64,000 nucleotides of DNA from Octopus vulgaris (GCA_951406725.2 OX597824.1:18166001-18230000), one strand, 5' to 3'; shown: positions 41,745 through 54,915, counted from the first letter of the stretch. Numbers and translations: made by a program. Notes: generated by a model not told the origin, from the sequence alone.

Positions 41745-42058
41745 TGAGACCCTCTTTGGTCATGACTGATCATGGGATTGCACCAAGAAAGTTACCCTCC
41801 CAAGCACAAGTCCAGGCAAAGTTGTTTATGGAAGACCAGCAATCGCCCATGCATACAGGTCTCCCCACTCCACGCCGCCAGTGTTTTCCAAGAGAAAGGC
41901 AAAGGCCGATACAGCTTGGCATCTGTAACGTCGCAACTCATTTCTACAGCTGAGTGAACTGGAGCCACGTGAAATAAAGTATCTTGCTCAAGAACAAAAC
42001 GCGCAGTCGATCCGGGATTCGAACTCACAATCTCACGATCGTAAAATCGACGCTCTAA

Positions 42059-42062
<4 letters not shown>
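41745..42062 (-). mobile_element. tRNA-SINE head H1 + tail V
   Basis: H1/CORE-like block (ttcttgagcaagatactttatttcacg...cactcagctg) followed by a distinct tail ending ggtgcaatcccatgatcagtcatgacc. Confidence 0.75.
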
Positions 42063-42106
<44 letters not shown>

Positions 42107-42108
<2 letters not shown>

Positions 42109-42296
42109 GTATGTGGCAGAAAAGTTCCTGGTTTTTAGGTTATGGCGAACTCTTTTACGGAGCTCAGAAAAACTGAAGGACTTGCGCAATAACTGTGAAC
42201 CTGAGATGGGAATTTATTGAACAAAATTATAATTAACTGATGCTTCTCTATTTTCTTTTAGCCAAAGCCAAGAGCTTTCCAGCACACCCTCGTATA
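42107..42296 (+). mobile_element. Short internally deleted mariner derivative
   Basis: Right end caagagctttccagcacaccctcgTA resembles a mariner TIR; loosely matching left end; internal remnant resembles a transposase C-terminus. Confidence 0.5.
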
Positions 42297-42342
42297 TAGG
42301 TATGTATGTTTGTATGTTCATCGGCGTATCGAATGAATATTT

Positions 42343-42378
<36 letters not shown>

Positions 42379-42412
42379 TGTGTGTGTATGTGTGTGTGTG
42401 TGTGCGTGTGTG

Positions 42413-42600
42413 TGTGTGACCGCGTGTGTATCTTTGGCGATTTTCTTTCTCCATCTTCCCTTCCTTGGACCTTTCCTTTTTGTATGTTTCTGACGAAGAC
42501 CTCCGCTCGAAACGTTAAATCCGTCCTTCTTTCCTTTCCTGAGCGTCCAATAACACTATACTTGTTCAACGTCCTCGTGTTGTTGTGTTTTCTCTTTGTG
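42413..42600 (+). mobile_element. Family E hammerhead-bearing element (HHR fold 42486-42520)
   Basis: GUUU CUGACGA A GACC UCC GCUC GAAAC GUU AAAU; flanked by TG/TA tracts. Confidence 0.75.
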
Positions 42601-44057
42601 TATATATATATATATATATATATAGAATTGGCGCGTGAAATAAATAAAATTTGAATGAAAAGGCGATTATATGAAAAGAAAGAGATTCTATCGTAACAAG
42701 TGACTATATCCAGAATTCCAGTAATACTGTCCGTCTGGAAAAAAAATGAACAAAATGGATTTAAGGAACATCAAGAAAACTTGAAATAATTATCTTTCGT
42801 ATTTGAATTTCCTGGTAAATTGTATTCCCTTAAAAGCACCTCTCAAGTACTGTTGAAATATTTCGGAATGATTACATATAAAATGATAAAAATGTGAATG
42901 AAATCATAAACTGGAGTGAGTTCTTAGCAAAAGAAGTACGAACTTTACTGTAGTTAATAAAAAAAAACAGTATATATTTTATTCGAAGATCATAAGAGTT
43001 TCCTTATATGGAATTTTGTAGAAAAGAGAAGGTATGTAATTTTGTTTCAACTTATCTAGAAGCCATTTCTGTTTTCTTCGCTTAATTCATACCGTATTTA
43101 GATGACATTGTTAATAACACTTCTGTAGTGAATTGTACTCAAATGTGTTTTAGTAAAAAAAAAAAAAATATGTACTAGAAGACAGCATGAATCTCATGTC
43201 ATTTGAGTTACATGTCCAGCTTGAGATGGAGATGAATGAAAATGCACAAAAGATAAGGAAAAAAATACAAACCGCTCGTGGTTATTCTCTTTGTTTGAAA
43301 TATTTCAAGTTAAAGTTTGTGGTTTTGTTTAGTGTCTTAACATTTTGTAGTCAAAAGCGTGGCTCTCTAAAAGCATGGCTGCTTTAACCAATACCGTTGA
43401 AACACCCAAGGGAACAAGGAAGTAACAGAATGTGAAAAATAAAATGAAATTATACAGTTTTAATATCTTTTTTCTAAATTTATATTTTTAGATATTAAAA
43501 ACTAAAATAAACAGTAAATCAAATTAGGAAATTATTTTTTTGTTCTGAAAGAAAATTTCAAAAATATATTTTAGTATTAGCATAGAAAAAAAATGGAAGA
43601 AATAACAAAATTAATTATAAAATCCCAAACCCCTGTTAGCAATAATAACAAGGCAAACCTGACATTACCGAAGAAAAATGAAAGAAGAGAGTTGTATTTG
43701 TGAGAAAGAAAAGAAAAACAATTAGCGTTATGGGTATATTTTTCGTAAATGTGAAAACGTGAATGACAGAAGGCAAGTGGGATTTGTAATGGTAACGTAG
43801 AATTGAAATGAAATAAGCGGACAACCTAGCATTGTACATTTGCTGGTTTCAGGCATGAAGTTGGAGCAATCAAAGAGAAACATACGTCAAAGAGAAAATG
43901 AAAGGAGAGAAAGCAGTCGAAAAATGTTTTTTTAGACGTATTTTTCGTTTGTTTTACTTCTCTACGTTGAAAAGAATTAGTAAACGTAGCTCTCCAAGCG
44001 GACAAACAAAAATTTTAAAAAATTCAGGTCATTCACGTAAGTGAAGAGCACGTCAGT

Positions 44058-44130
<73 letters not shown>
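44058..44130. repeat. (CAT)n microsatellite
   Basis: Directly visible. Confidence 0.95.
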
Positions 44131-44145
44131 GAAGCAGCAGCATAA

Positions 44146-44730
44146 GGCGGCGAGCTGGCAGAATCGGTAGCACGCCGGGCGAAATGCTTAACGGTATGTC
44201 GTCTGCTGTTACGTTCTGAGTTCAAATTCCGCCGAGGTCGACTTTGCCTTTCATCCTTTCGGGGTCGATAAATTAAATACCAGTCACGCACTGGGGTCGA
44301 TGTAATCGACTTAATCCGTTTGTCTGTCCTTGTTTGATCCCTTTATGTTTAGCCCCTTGTGGGTAGTAAAGAAATAGGTAATTCATCTGCCGCTACGTTC
44401 TGAGTTCAAATTCCGCCGAGGTCGACTTTGCCTTTCATCCTTTCGGGGTCGATAAATTAAATACCAGTCACGCACTGGGGTCGATGTAATCGACTTAATC
44501 CGTTTGTCTGTCCTTGTTTGATCCCTTTATGTTTAGCCCCTTGTGGGTAGTAAAGAAATAGGTATTTCTTCTGCCGCTACGTTCTGAGTTCAAATTCCAC
44601 CGAGGTCGACTTTGCCTTTCATCCTTTCGGGGATCGATAAATTAAGTACCAGTTACGTACTGGGGTCGATGTAATCGACTTAATACCTTGCCCCAAATTT
44701 GAGGTCTTGTGCTTCCAGTAGAAAGAATTA
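44146..44730 (+). mobile_element. SINE family B with three 184-bp tandem units
   Basis: Unit starts at 44193, 44377 and 44561; the last unit ends in an alternative tail (ccccaaattttgaggtcttgtgc...agtagaaag). Confidence 0.92.
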
Positions 44731-44759
44731 TTGTTTTTATTATTGTTTCGCTTTTTATA

Positions 44760-47010
44760 ATAAGATGTTTTGGAAAGAGGTACAGAGGGTAAGAAACGTG
44801 GTTGGAGGAAGAGAAGAAAGAATGAAGGATGTAAATTAAAATTTGTTGAAAGGAAGTAAGGAAGTACAAAGGAGATGGGCAGAGTATTTTACTGAGCTAT
44901 TAAATGTGGAGGATGCTATGTAGAGGCAACTATAGTGATTGTAGGAAGAGATAGAAGAATACCTGTTGTTGGGGAATGGAACTACTGTGCAATTGGCAGG
45001 GAGTAGGTGAGGGAATCCTTGCGGAAGATGACAAACTGGAAGGTGCCAGGTATAGATGGGTGAACAGTGGAATGCCTAAAGAAAGGGTGTGTGACAGTGA
45101 TTGAACGGTTAGTGAGGCTTATGAATGTTTGTTACATGGCTGAAAGAGTACCAAAGGAGTGGCGCAGTGCCTGTATAGTGCCACTGTATCAGGGGGAAGG
45201 GGATAAATGTAAGCGTGGAAATTTTAGTGGTATAAGTGTGTTGTGTGTTGTTGGTAAACTGTATGGGAGAATTCCGGTTGTTAGGGTGAGGAACCAGAGA
45301 ATGTACGAGGGGAGGAGCAGTGTGGTTTTAAGTGTGGAAGGGGTGTACAGATCAAATATTTGTTGTAAGACAGATGTGTGAGAAGTTTTTGGCAAAACGG
45401 AAGGAGGTGTATTGAGCCTCTATGGACCTAGAGAAGGCATATGACCGAATGGCTAGGGATGCAATGTGGATGGTAGCTTGTTGAGAGCTGTTCAGAGATT
45501 TTATAGGGGAAAAAGTGCGTGCGTTAAGGTAAGTGGTGAAGTAAATGAGTGTTTTGATGTGGTTGTGGAGTTAAGACAGGTTTGTGTGATGTCTCCGTGG
45601 CCGTTAAATTTATTTATGGACGATGTGGTGAAAGAATTAAATGCTAGAAACCTTGATAACGGAGCCCAAATGGTGGGAGAGAATGGAGAGAAATGCCTGG
45701 TGAGTCAGTTGTTGTTTGCTGATGATACAGCACTGGTAGCAGATTGGGAAGAGCAACCAAGGAGACTGGTGGTAGAGTCTGGGAGAGTGTGTGAGAGGAG
45801 GAAACTGAAAGTGAATGCAGCTAAGAGAAAGGTGATGAGATGTTCGAGAGATGGAAAGGCTGGTAAGATGGATGTGAATATAAATAGTGAGATGTTAGAG
45901 GAGGTGAGTGTTTTTAAGTATCTAGGATCACATGCGATGGGATGGGGGTGTGAGGAGGTGGAATACAGAGGGAGGGGGAAAGAGTAAGATCCTTGGAGTT
46001 GTGAAACGTATGCTATGAGATAAAAGGTTGAGTATGAAGGGGAAAATAGGTGTGTATGAGGGCGTGATTTTGCGGACAATGTTATAGGGGTCAGAGACGT
46101 GGGGGGCTGAAAGAGGCAGAAAGGAGGCGACTAGATGTGTTTGCGATGAGATGTTTGAGGGCTATAGTTGGTGTGACACGGATGGACAGGATGAGGAATG
46201 AGGAGATGCAAAGATAAGCAGGAGTGAAAGAAAAACTAACAACCAAAATTGGATAAACGAATATTGAAGTGGTTTGGTCACATGGAGAGGATGGATGGAT
46301 GGAGAGCGGATGGTGAGGAGGGTGATGAAGGCTGAAGTGGTAGGCAGCAGAACCAGAGGCAGACCTCGGTTTGTGTGGATGTATGAATGGATGGATGGAT
46401 GGGGTGAGGAAAATTTGGTAGTTAGAGGTTTTGGAGTGAAAGAGGCAAGAGAGTTTATAAATGACTAGCAGCATCGCCCGGCGTTGCTCGGGTTTGTAAG
46501 GGAAATAACTATAAAGCACTTTTAGAGAGTTATAGCCAAAAAATAACAAAAAAATTATGGTAAATTTTTTTGAGAGTTAAAAAGGTCGAGTTGCATCCCC
46601 TAGACAGTCTGTGGTTTGTGTTTCTGATTCTCGACTCCATGTCGAATTTATCAATTTTTTTTCAGAACTGGGGGAACTTTTCAAAATTTTCGCTGTGTTA
46701 GTTTTGAATTATGACATTGGGCTATGTGTGTGTCAAGTTTCATCAGAATCGGTTGAAAGCCGTGGTCAGGGTGAGGGTACAACCTAACAGACACACAGAC
46801 ACGCAGACAGACAAACTGCCGTTTATATAGAGAGAGATAGTAAAGATTAGAAAGTGTTTGTGGACGGTTGAGTGGATTTAGGTGTTGCTCAAATGGGTAC
46901 GGTGGGTGTAAACCAACACATGCTGTAAGGCCCCGCTGCTGATTTTGAGGGTTGCGTTCTATGCCTTGACCCCATTATAGAATGGGGTTCGCCCCTTTGA
47001 GCTGGACAAT
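44760..47010 (+). pseudogene. Decayed RTE-type non-LTR retrotransposon RT, interrupted by a Helitron
   Basis: VPKEWRSACIVPLY, NFSGISVL, MDLEKAYD, LRQVCVMSPWPLNLFMD, LLFADDTAL, FKYLGS, RTRGRPRFVW; many stops and frameshifts. Confidence 0.88.
46465..46837 (-). mobile_element. Non-autonomous Helitron inserted in the RTE C-terminus
   Basis: Minus strand TCTCTCTCTATATAAACGGCAG...CCCGAGCAACGCCGGG..CTAG; A|T insertion site with no TSD; removing it rejoins the RTE frame (AREFIND|SKD*KV). Confidence 0.85.
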
Positions 47011-47086
47011 GAATGGAATACCTGGTGTGTGTCTTGCTGTGGCTATCTTCTCCTAAAAACAGATGGGGAACAAGCCTGGGTATATG

Positions 47087-47087
<1 letters not shown>

Positions 47088-47164
<77 letters not shown>

Positions 47165-47345
47165 TCTCTTTTTTACAGGTTTTGTTGGAGCTCCTGGAGT
47201 CTTATATGCATGGTGGGCTTGCTATCTGCAGCCTACGGTACCATGCTACCCATTCTTTTCAGTTATCTAATACTTTCCTGATAATTCTGGCCGTGCCAAG
47301 GAGGCAATCCTTTTGTAACAGTTCTACTATTAGCTATTATTTTTA
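47088..47345 (-). mobile_element. 3' end of an R4/Dong-like element with a long (TAA)n tail
   Basis: Minus strand ELLQKDCLLGTARIIRKVLDN*, then a 3' UTR and (AAT)n at 47088-47163. Confidence 0.7.
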
Positions 47346-47706
47346 GCACATCTAACAACCATTATTTAATTAGCCAAATTTGACTGCGTGAGTAAGCAGC
47401 TCGGTAAACAGCTCGGTTAGTTACTATAGAAACAAGCATGATTGTATCTCTGGCTTACGATTGGCTAAAATTACTTAAAATTCGCAAAATTTAAAAGTTA
47501 TTACTCTTCATTTCTTGACTGATGGTGAAAATGAATTTCATGTCAATGATTAGCTTACGAAACTACATCATTACACCTAATACGAAATCAATTGAAACAA
47601 AAATTGGAAAAATTTAAAAGTGACAGTCTAACAGAAAAGATCCGTATATGTGTAAGTAATGTATGTATTTATGTATGTATGTATGTATGTATGTATGTAT
47701 GTATGT

Positions 47707-47779
<73 letters not shown>

Positions 47780-48634
47780 TATATCTATATCTATTTGCAA
47801 ATATGTATATATGCATGTGTATGTGATTCAAATATCCGTTTAGCATTAATATACGTTTAGCGTTAATATACAACGTTTAGCGTTAATATACAACTTATTA
47901 ATTCGTAACCGTCATACTCCCCCACCTCGTGCTATCCCCTTCATCCACTTCTTCACTCCATCCACTGAAACCACAACCCTTGTCACACCATTGAATGCCA
48001 CACCTTACCGATTGTAGATATACTGATCTGCCCCACTACTGTCCATGCTAACAGCATGGCCCAATTGTACAAGGCATATTATAATAACTGACCAAAATTA
48101 ATGTTACTTTGAGAAGTCTTTTTGTTTTTTTATTTTTTGCACAATGAATTATTTATCCCATAATTTGATAATGGCATTTTTAAAAAAATCAAAGAATAAA
48201 AGAATCTATCTTAATCTAAATGCATTACCTGCAAAATAGATTAGCATTGACAATAAATAGACATAACATTGTAGCAAACACAAATTAATTAAAGTAATTT
48301 AATATTTTATAAATCTCAAAGTCATTTCTGAAAAGAGAGTAAAAGATATTCGAAAGAAGATGGAACAGATAGAGAGTGAGAGATAAGAAAAGAGTTTCCA
48401 TGTAAGAACATCTCTCGTAGAAGTTTCACCTGTCTCTGAGTTCACCTCATGTTTTCATCTCACGATATATTAAGTAGACGAAGATGAGTTCCACGCAGGC
48501 TAAGCCTACTTCCACACACATGACCGTACCATAGGAATCTTCCGCTCAAATGTCCACTCAGTTTGAGGGATTTGGGTAGTAAAGATATGAATCGATCGGG
48601 TGTCATGCGTTTGCTAGAAAATGACAAAAGGATA

Positions 48635-48873
48635 TTCTGTTATGTCTGGAGAGAGTCATTTTCTTTTTGTGCCTTATAATGTAACACACTCGCCGGTAAA
48701 ACTTCCACTTATTTCTTACTTTTATTTTCCTAAAATTTTCGTTGCAACCTTTTCAATAGTCTTGACCATGTCCGTTATTTAAAAGGTTGCAACACGCAAA
48801 GAAAATTTTAGGAAAATAAAAATAAGAAATAAGTGGAAATTTTAGAAAATGACTCTCCCCAGACACAACAGAA
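48635..48873. mobile_element. Palindromic MITE-like element
   Basis: ttctgttatgtctggagagagtcattttct...ttccacttatttctta...gttgcaaccttt mirrored by aaaggttgcaac...taagaaataagtggaa...agaaaatgactctccccagacacaacagaa. Confidence 0.75.
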
Positions 48874-49101
48874 AGATGTTGGGATTTCATTGGTTAAAAT
48901 TCTTAAAATTAAACTACGTTTAAGTTACGAATTACAATTTTGTTTTCAATTTTGTTTACAATAATGTTTTCTTTTGACACATTCTACCAGTATACGAAGC
49001 TTCAAATTGTTTAGTTAACTAGGAAAATCTGGCCTTCAAAATGAAAATATCCTATATATGTATATATATATATAAGTATATATAAATATATATATGTATA
49101 C

Positions 49102-49159
<58 letters not shown>

Positions 49160-49903
49160 TGTGTATGTCTGCTTGTCTGTCCGTCTCTCTATATGTCTGT
49201 ATGTATGGATATGTGTATACATGTGGGTTTAGGTATCGGTATGCTTATTTACACCTGCGGAGATAGTACGGAAATGAGAAAAAAGAAAGGGAAAAAAAGA
49301 AGGTTTAAAGTCGAAAAAGAAGAGGGGGAAATTGGCGATAAGGAAGAGAATAGCTGAACAAAATAAGTAGGATTGCAGAAACTGGCAGAATATGAATAAT
49401 CACAAACAAGATACAAAGAGGTAAAAATGTAAAACAGCCATAAAAACATTCCAATGAACTTATGTATGGCTGTGAATAAATGTATACATTTACAACTTTA
49501 TAAGTATTGTAGAGTTGCAGTGCGTTGCTTTATTTTCAGGTGTGTGTGTGTGTGTGTATGTTGTTAGTGTGTGAGTGTGTTTGAAATGTGTGCGGGCGTG
49601 TAAATGTATGTGTATGTATGTGTGTGTGCATGTGTGTGTATGTATGTATGTGTGTGTGTAATTTTATAGACAGTTAAATATGCATATACCTATCTGTAAA
49701 ATGCTATGGGTGTATATATATATATATATATACGTACATATATATATATATACACATATATATATATATACACATATATATATATATATGTGTATATATA
49801 TATATATATGTGTATATATATATGTACGTATATATATATATATATATATATATATACGTACATATATATATATGCATATATATATATATGTATATATACG
49901 TAC

Positions 49904-49972
<69 letters not shown>

Positions 49973-50792
49973 TATTGGAGGCCTTGCTAATTCTGTAGTC
50001 GAAATGAACATGCATGCTGGTTATTTTAGAAAATAGAAAATTAAGTGTAGAAAAATAGAACTATGAATGAAAAAAAAAAGTTGTTCTATATACAATTTGA
50101 GGTTGTTGTTATTGTTGTTACTGGTTCTGTTTTTCTATTATTTGGCCATTTTTTTTCTTTTATTAAAGAAAAATTCCATAAGGCAGGAAATATTGCTTTG
50201 CATTTGTCTCGCTGTGGGAAATCCGCGAAAATTCATGCAGTGATAACGCTATGCTGTGCCACCTGCGCGCTTTGAATCGCGATTCTTCCTTGTTGCAGTT
50301 ATGTATAATTAGACTGAGGAAAAATCTTTCCAGTTTTTACCATTTTTGTAGATGACACAGCTATGGTGACACCAGCAATGATATCCTTCTTACCAAAGCG
50401 TGTATAGTTCCTCAGACCGAAACCTGCTGAGATACACGCTAAATATCTTCATAGTCGACAGATGATTTTTTTTTTTTTTTTTGTGGAGGTAGAAAAATCT
50501 GGAGTTTTAGAATTTTTTATATATTTAATTTTAATTTCACCGTTTTTCTTGCTTCGGATTTTATTCATGGTATGAACACACTCAATGTTTTTTTTTTGTA
50601 TTTGATTTTGAGATTTTCCTTCTGTGCTCCAGATTTTCCTCTTTCTCTCGCTTTCTAACTGCATTTTTTAAAACAATCTTTGGTTCTACATCGATATTCC
50701 AGTAAAGTCTGGAGTCACAAGAAGTTAGTTGTGCAATACATACACTTATATATACATACATGCATATACACATATTCATATATACGTATGTG

Positions 50793-50855
<63 letters not shown>

Positions 50856-51526
50856 GTGTGGGTGTGTGGCTGTGTGTGTATAATTAGTTTTTAACAAGTG
50901 AACTTGAAGTACATTAAGCTATAAATAGCAACATATCACTTTTGGATTAAAAAAGTCTTCGGATAGAAAAATTCAAAAGCTTCCCGTAGGATTGAAACCC
51001 TAATTTCTAACATTCGATGTAAGCTATCGTTCTACTATTTTTTTCGATTCATTGTCTATCATAAATAATATTTATTTTACATATAAAGAGAATGCACCTC
51101 AGAAGAACGACAAAGGACCACACGATAAGAACAGTAAAGAACACACACAATAGATACGGCCATACTCGAACTCTCATCAGTTATCGACCAAATATGATCA
51201 CAATTTCGACACCTTCTGATAATATTGTTCAATTTTTTTTTTTTTTTTGTGGTAGCAACGTAAGCTGTTGGGGCCATTATAAATGAGAGGGCATGATAGA
51301 CGTCAGCAAACAAAATATATGAATCAAGTTCAATAACAAGAAAAGATGGTGTTTGCATATTGAACGTTAGAAAAGAGTTATAAGGGGTATGGCAAAAAGA
51401 ATATAATCCGAAAGAAAGAAAGAAAGAAGCAAGGACAAATAATTACGAAATAATTACGAAAGACACCGTGAGAATATATACATTATTTACATTTGACGGA
51501 TATTCGTCTTCATCTTGTTTGTTGTT

Positions 51527-51572
51527 AACACAACGTTTCGGCTGATATGCCCTCCAGCCTTCTTCAGGTGTC
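51527..51572 (-). ncRNA. Minimal type I hammerhead ribozyme
   Basis: GACAC CUGAAGA A GGCUG gagggcauau CAGCC GAAAC GUU GUGUU. Confidence 0.8.
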
Positions 51573-51619
51573 TTAGGGAAATCTCGAACCTGGGTTCTCA
51601 TTCCTAAGGTATTCTTCGA

Positions 51620-51658
<39 letters not shown>

Positions 51659-51698
51659 CATTATTATTATTATTATTTTTATTATTATTATTCTGCTT

Positions 51699-51799
<101 letters not shown>

Positions 51800-51882
51800 C
51801 ATTATTATTGTTCAGGTCACTGCTTGGAATTGAACTCGGAATCTTGGGGTTAGTAGCCCGCGCTGTTAACCACTACGCCCAA

Positions 51883-51928
51883 GACACCTGAAGAAGGCTG
51901 GAGAGTATATCAGCCGAAACGTTGTGTT
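51883..51928 (+). ncRNA. Minimal type I hammerhead ribozyme
   Basis: GACAC CUGAAGA A GGCUG gagaguauau CAGCC GAAAC GUU GUGUU; predicted cleavage after 51923. Confidence 0.8.
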
Positions 51929-52823
51929 AACAACAAACAAGATTAGGACTAATATCCGTCGAATGTAAATAATGTAAATAATGTACATAATTCCTCATCT
52001 CTTAAATATAGAACGACACCGTGAGATATTCGTATAGAAATACGATAATAGCAACACGTGCAAAACAACGCTAAGATATCCGTATACTCATGTACAAACA
52101 ATTTAAATTCGTTTTGATTAAGCTTGTAGTTTTGCCTGATGACTTGTTCAGGTAAGACACTGCAAATAATTCGAATATTGAGAAAACTTCAAAATTCACA
52201 GACAATATGGCTTGACATATCAGGTTTATATTCTGGTTGAATAACTTTTAGCCAAGCGCATTCAATATGGTTAAAGAATACCTAGCACTGCTAGTACTCT
52301 CAGTATGTGCTAGCTGACCAATTGCATTATTTTTATGCAACCGTGTAACCATTGTATCTTTGACGTGTCTTGCTTGTATTCACCAACTAGATTTCAATGC
52401 ATATAGTTAAAATGACAAAACTATAAATTATGCTATGAAAATTGCACTTCAGGTTTGTAAGTCCGATGAAGTTATAAGTTGATAAACAAGCATTCAACAA
52501 TGAGCGCGTTGCATCTTATAACAGAAACAGCCGTAAAGTGGTTCATGATACAATTTCTTATTCCTTTGTTATTTTTACTTTCTTTAATACTACATGGTAC
52601 TCGACTGACTTTTTTCTGATGATTATGTGTATTGAGTTCTATAACATCTCTATGCTTGTCTTCTTTTTTCTATTTTTTTTTCTGTCGTTTTTTTTTTGTA
52701 CCTGTTATAAAATTGTAACTTAAAAACTGATGATGTCATTCCACCAACGTGTGGACGCTGGTTGCTCTCGTTCATACTTTACGTTTAAACTTCTGTAATT
52801 TTGAATTTTTATCACTTCTCATT

Positions 52824-52866
52824 TTGAACTTGACAAAGACAGACGTACTGTTGAAATATCGTTCAA
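52824..52866 (+). ncRNA. Minimal hammerhead with U3-A8 core variant
   Basis: UUGAAC UUGACAA A GACAG acgua CUGUU GAAA UAU C GUUCAA; 6-bp stem I, palindromic AUAU stem III; AATAAA downstream. Confidence 0.65.
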
Positions 52867-52948
52867 CTAATAAAATATCTTAGAATCGAATCGCGCTCTT
52901 CGTGTTGACTTTTCACCTTTCTGAAGAGTTACGTCAATCCTCTATAAA

Positions 52949-52986
<38 letters not shown>

Positions 52987-52992
52987 GTAATA

Positions 52993-53550
52993 AATGCCCT
53001 GATGCAGTATCAGGCAGTGACTCTCATGGCTTCTGATCTTAACTGATTGGAAGTGTCATCATGTATATTGTTTTGTCTTGGTATAAATCATGGCCTACAG
53101 CAAATATTCTGCTCAATAGCACAGATTTGCTTGTCAGTTGTTTGATCTTAACCAGTTGAGCATGTCCCTTAGTGGCCGACGATATGTGCATCTCTGATCA
53201 CGAGCAGAAACTGTGAGGGCGCATCATAGCCATGTGTTGAGAGGAGTTCTTTGGACCTTGAATATTTCACCTCTGGAAACATGGATGTTTCTTTCAGCAG
53301 CCTCGAGCATCACTTATTGGGGTCCTTTCATCTGGATGGGCTACTCGACCTGAAGAACATTTTAGCTGACCTCTGCCTGCATGATATTGCTCTGTTTATC
53401 TTGAGATGAGGTCACCATGTCATGCGCATAAGCTTCTGATGTATGTGATTGGTGTACCCTTAACATACAGGGAGTCATTATGGGTATAATGGGCTTCACA
53501 TATTTGTACCACAGTGCCATTTCGAAGGCATGTACTGCTCACTCACTCGA
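52993..53550. mobile_element. Unassigned ~560-bp insertion within an (AAT)n tract
   Basis: GC-richer block bounded by (AAT)n on both sides; terminal hairpin cctgatgc-a-gtatcagg; no ORF. Confidence 0.4.
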
Positions 53551-53752
53551 TAATAGTAATGACATGTGTATGCGGTTTACAACTCAAAATAAAATAACCA
53601 AAGACATCCACAGCCAACAACCATGTATCAGAGATATATCAAAGTAAACTTCTCGTCCGGTCATTCATACAAACACAAGCAGACGTACAAAGCAAAGTGC
53701 AGATAACAAATGTTGAAGGAACATGAATTGCATAACGAAATTGATTAGCTGT

Positions 53753-53915
53753 AGGCGTAGGAGTGGCTGTGTGGTAAGCAGGTTGCTTTCGAACTACATT
53801 GTTCCGGGTTCAGTCCCACTGCGTGGTACCTTGACCCGGTGACTTCTACTATAGCCTCGAGCCGACCAAAGCCTTGTAGTGGATTTGATAGACGGAAATT
53901 GAAGGAATCACGTCG

Positions 53916-53972
<57 letters not shown>

Positions 53973-54025
53973 GTTTATACTTGGAAATGAGTGCGTCGCG
54001 TTCAATTAAATAATAAATAATATAG

Positions 54026-54107
<82 letters not shown>

Positions 54108-54425
54108 CAGGAGTCGCTTGCTTTCCAACCATATGGTTCCAGGTTCAGTCCCACTGCGTGACACATTGGGAAAGGGCCTTCTACTATAGCCTAGGGCCTT
54201 GTGAGTAGATATGGTAGACGGAAGCTGAAAGAGGCCCGTCGTATGTGTGTGTGTGTGTGTGACTGTGTGTTTTTGTGCGTCTGTGGTTGTCCCCCACCAT
54301 CGCTTGACAACCGATGTTGGTTTGTTTACGTCCCCGTAACTTAGCGCTTCGACAAAAGGCGGTGCTCCAGCATGGTGGCAATCAAATGACTGAAACAAGT
54401 AAAAGAAATAAAAGCAATAAAAGAA
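53753..54425 (+). mobile_element. Two family C SINE pieces (head 53753-53916; near-full copy 54108-54425)
   Basis: ggcgtaggagtggctgtgtggtaag head; tail ggcggtgctccagcatgg...gactgaaacaagtaaaag. Confidence 0.8.
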
Positions 54426-54536
54426 TATAGGTATACATTATTTTATAAAAAAAGCCCATTATAGCCATCATGACACTGTGTTGTGGGTATATCAGGCATG
54501 CACGCACACACGCACATACACACATATATACATACC

Positions 54537-54860
54537 GGCACTTCGTCGGTTAAGGCGGCGAGGGTTGCAACTGATCCGATCAACGGTACATCCTGCTCGT
54601 GAAATTAACGTGCAAGTGGCTGAGTACTCCACAGACACGTGTACCTCTGTAACGTAGTTCTCGGAGTAATTCAACGTGGCATGGTTTATGACAAGGTTGG
54701 CCCCTCTGAATTTCAGGTACAACTCATTTTTGCCAGCTGAGTGGACTTGAGCATCGTAAAATAATATCTTGCTCAAGGACAAATCGCACCGCCGGATATC
54801 GAAGATACCCAAGATTTTACGATCCTAAACCGAACACCCTAACCACTAAACCACGCGCCT
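54537..54860 (-). mobile_element. tRNA-SINE head H1 + tail X
   Basis: cctaaccactaaaccacgcgcc head end; tail X. Confidence 0.8.
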
Positions 54861-54878
54861 TCGCTATGTGTGTGTGTT

Positions 54879-54915
<37 letters not shown>

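Noticed and set aside
52130-52156. CTGATGA within a small hairpin (also CTGATGA at ~11780, ~52727 and ~55707)
   Set aside because: No properly placed stem II plus GAAA and NUH.
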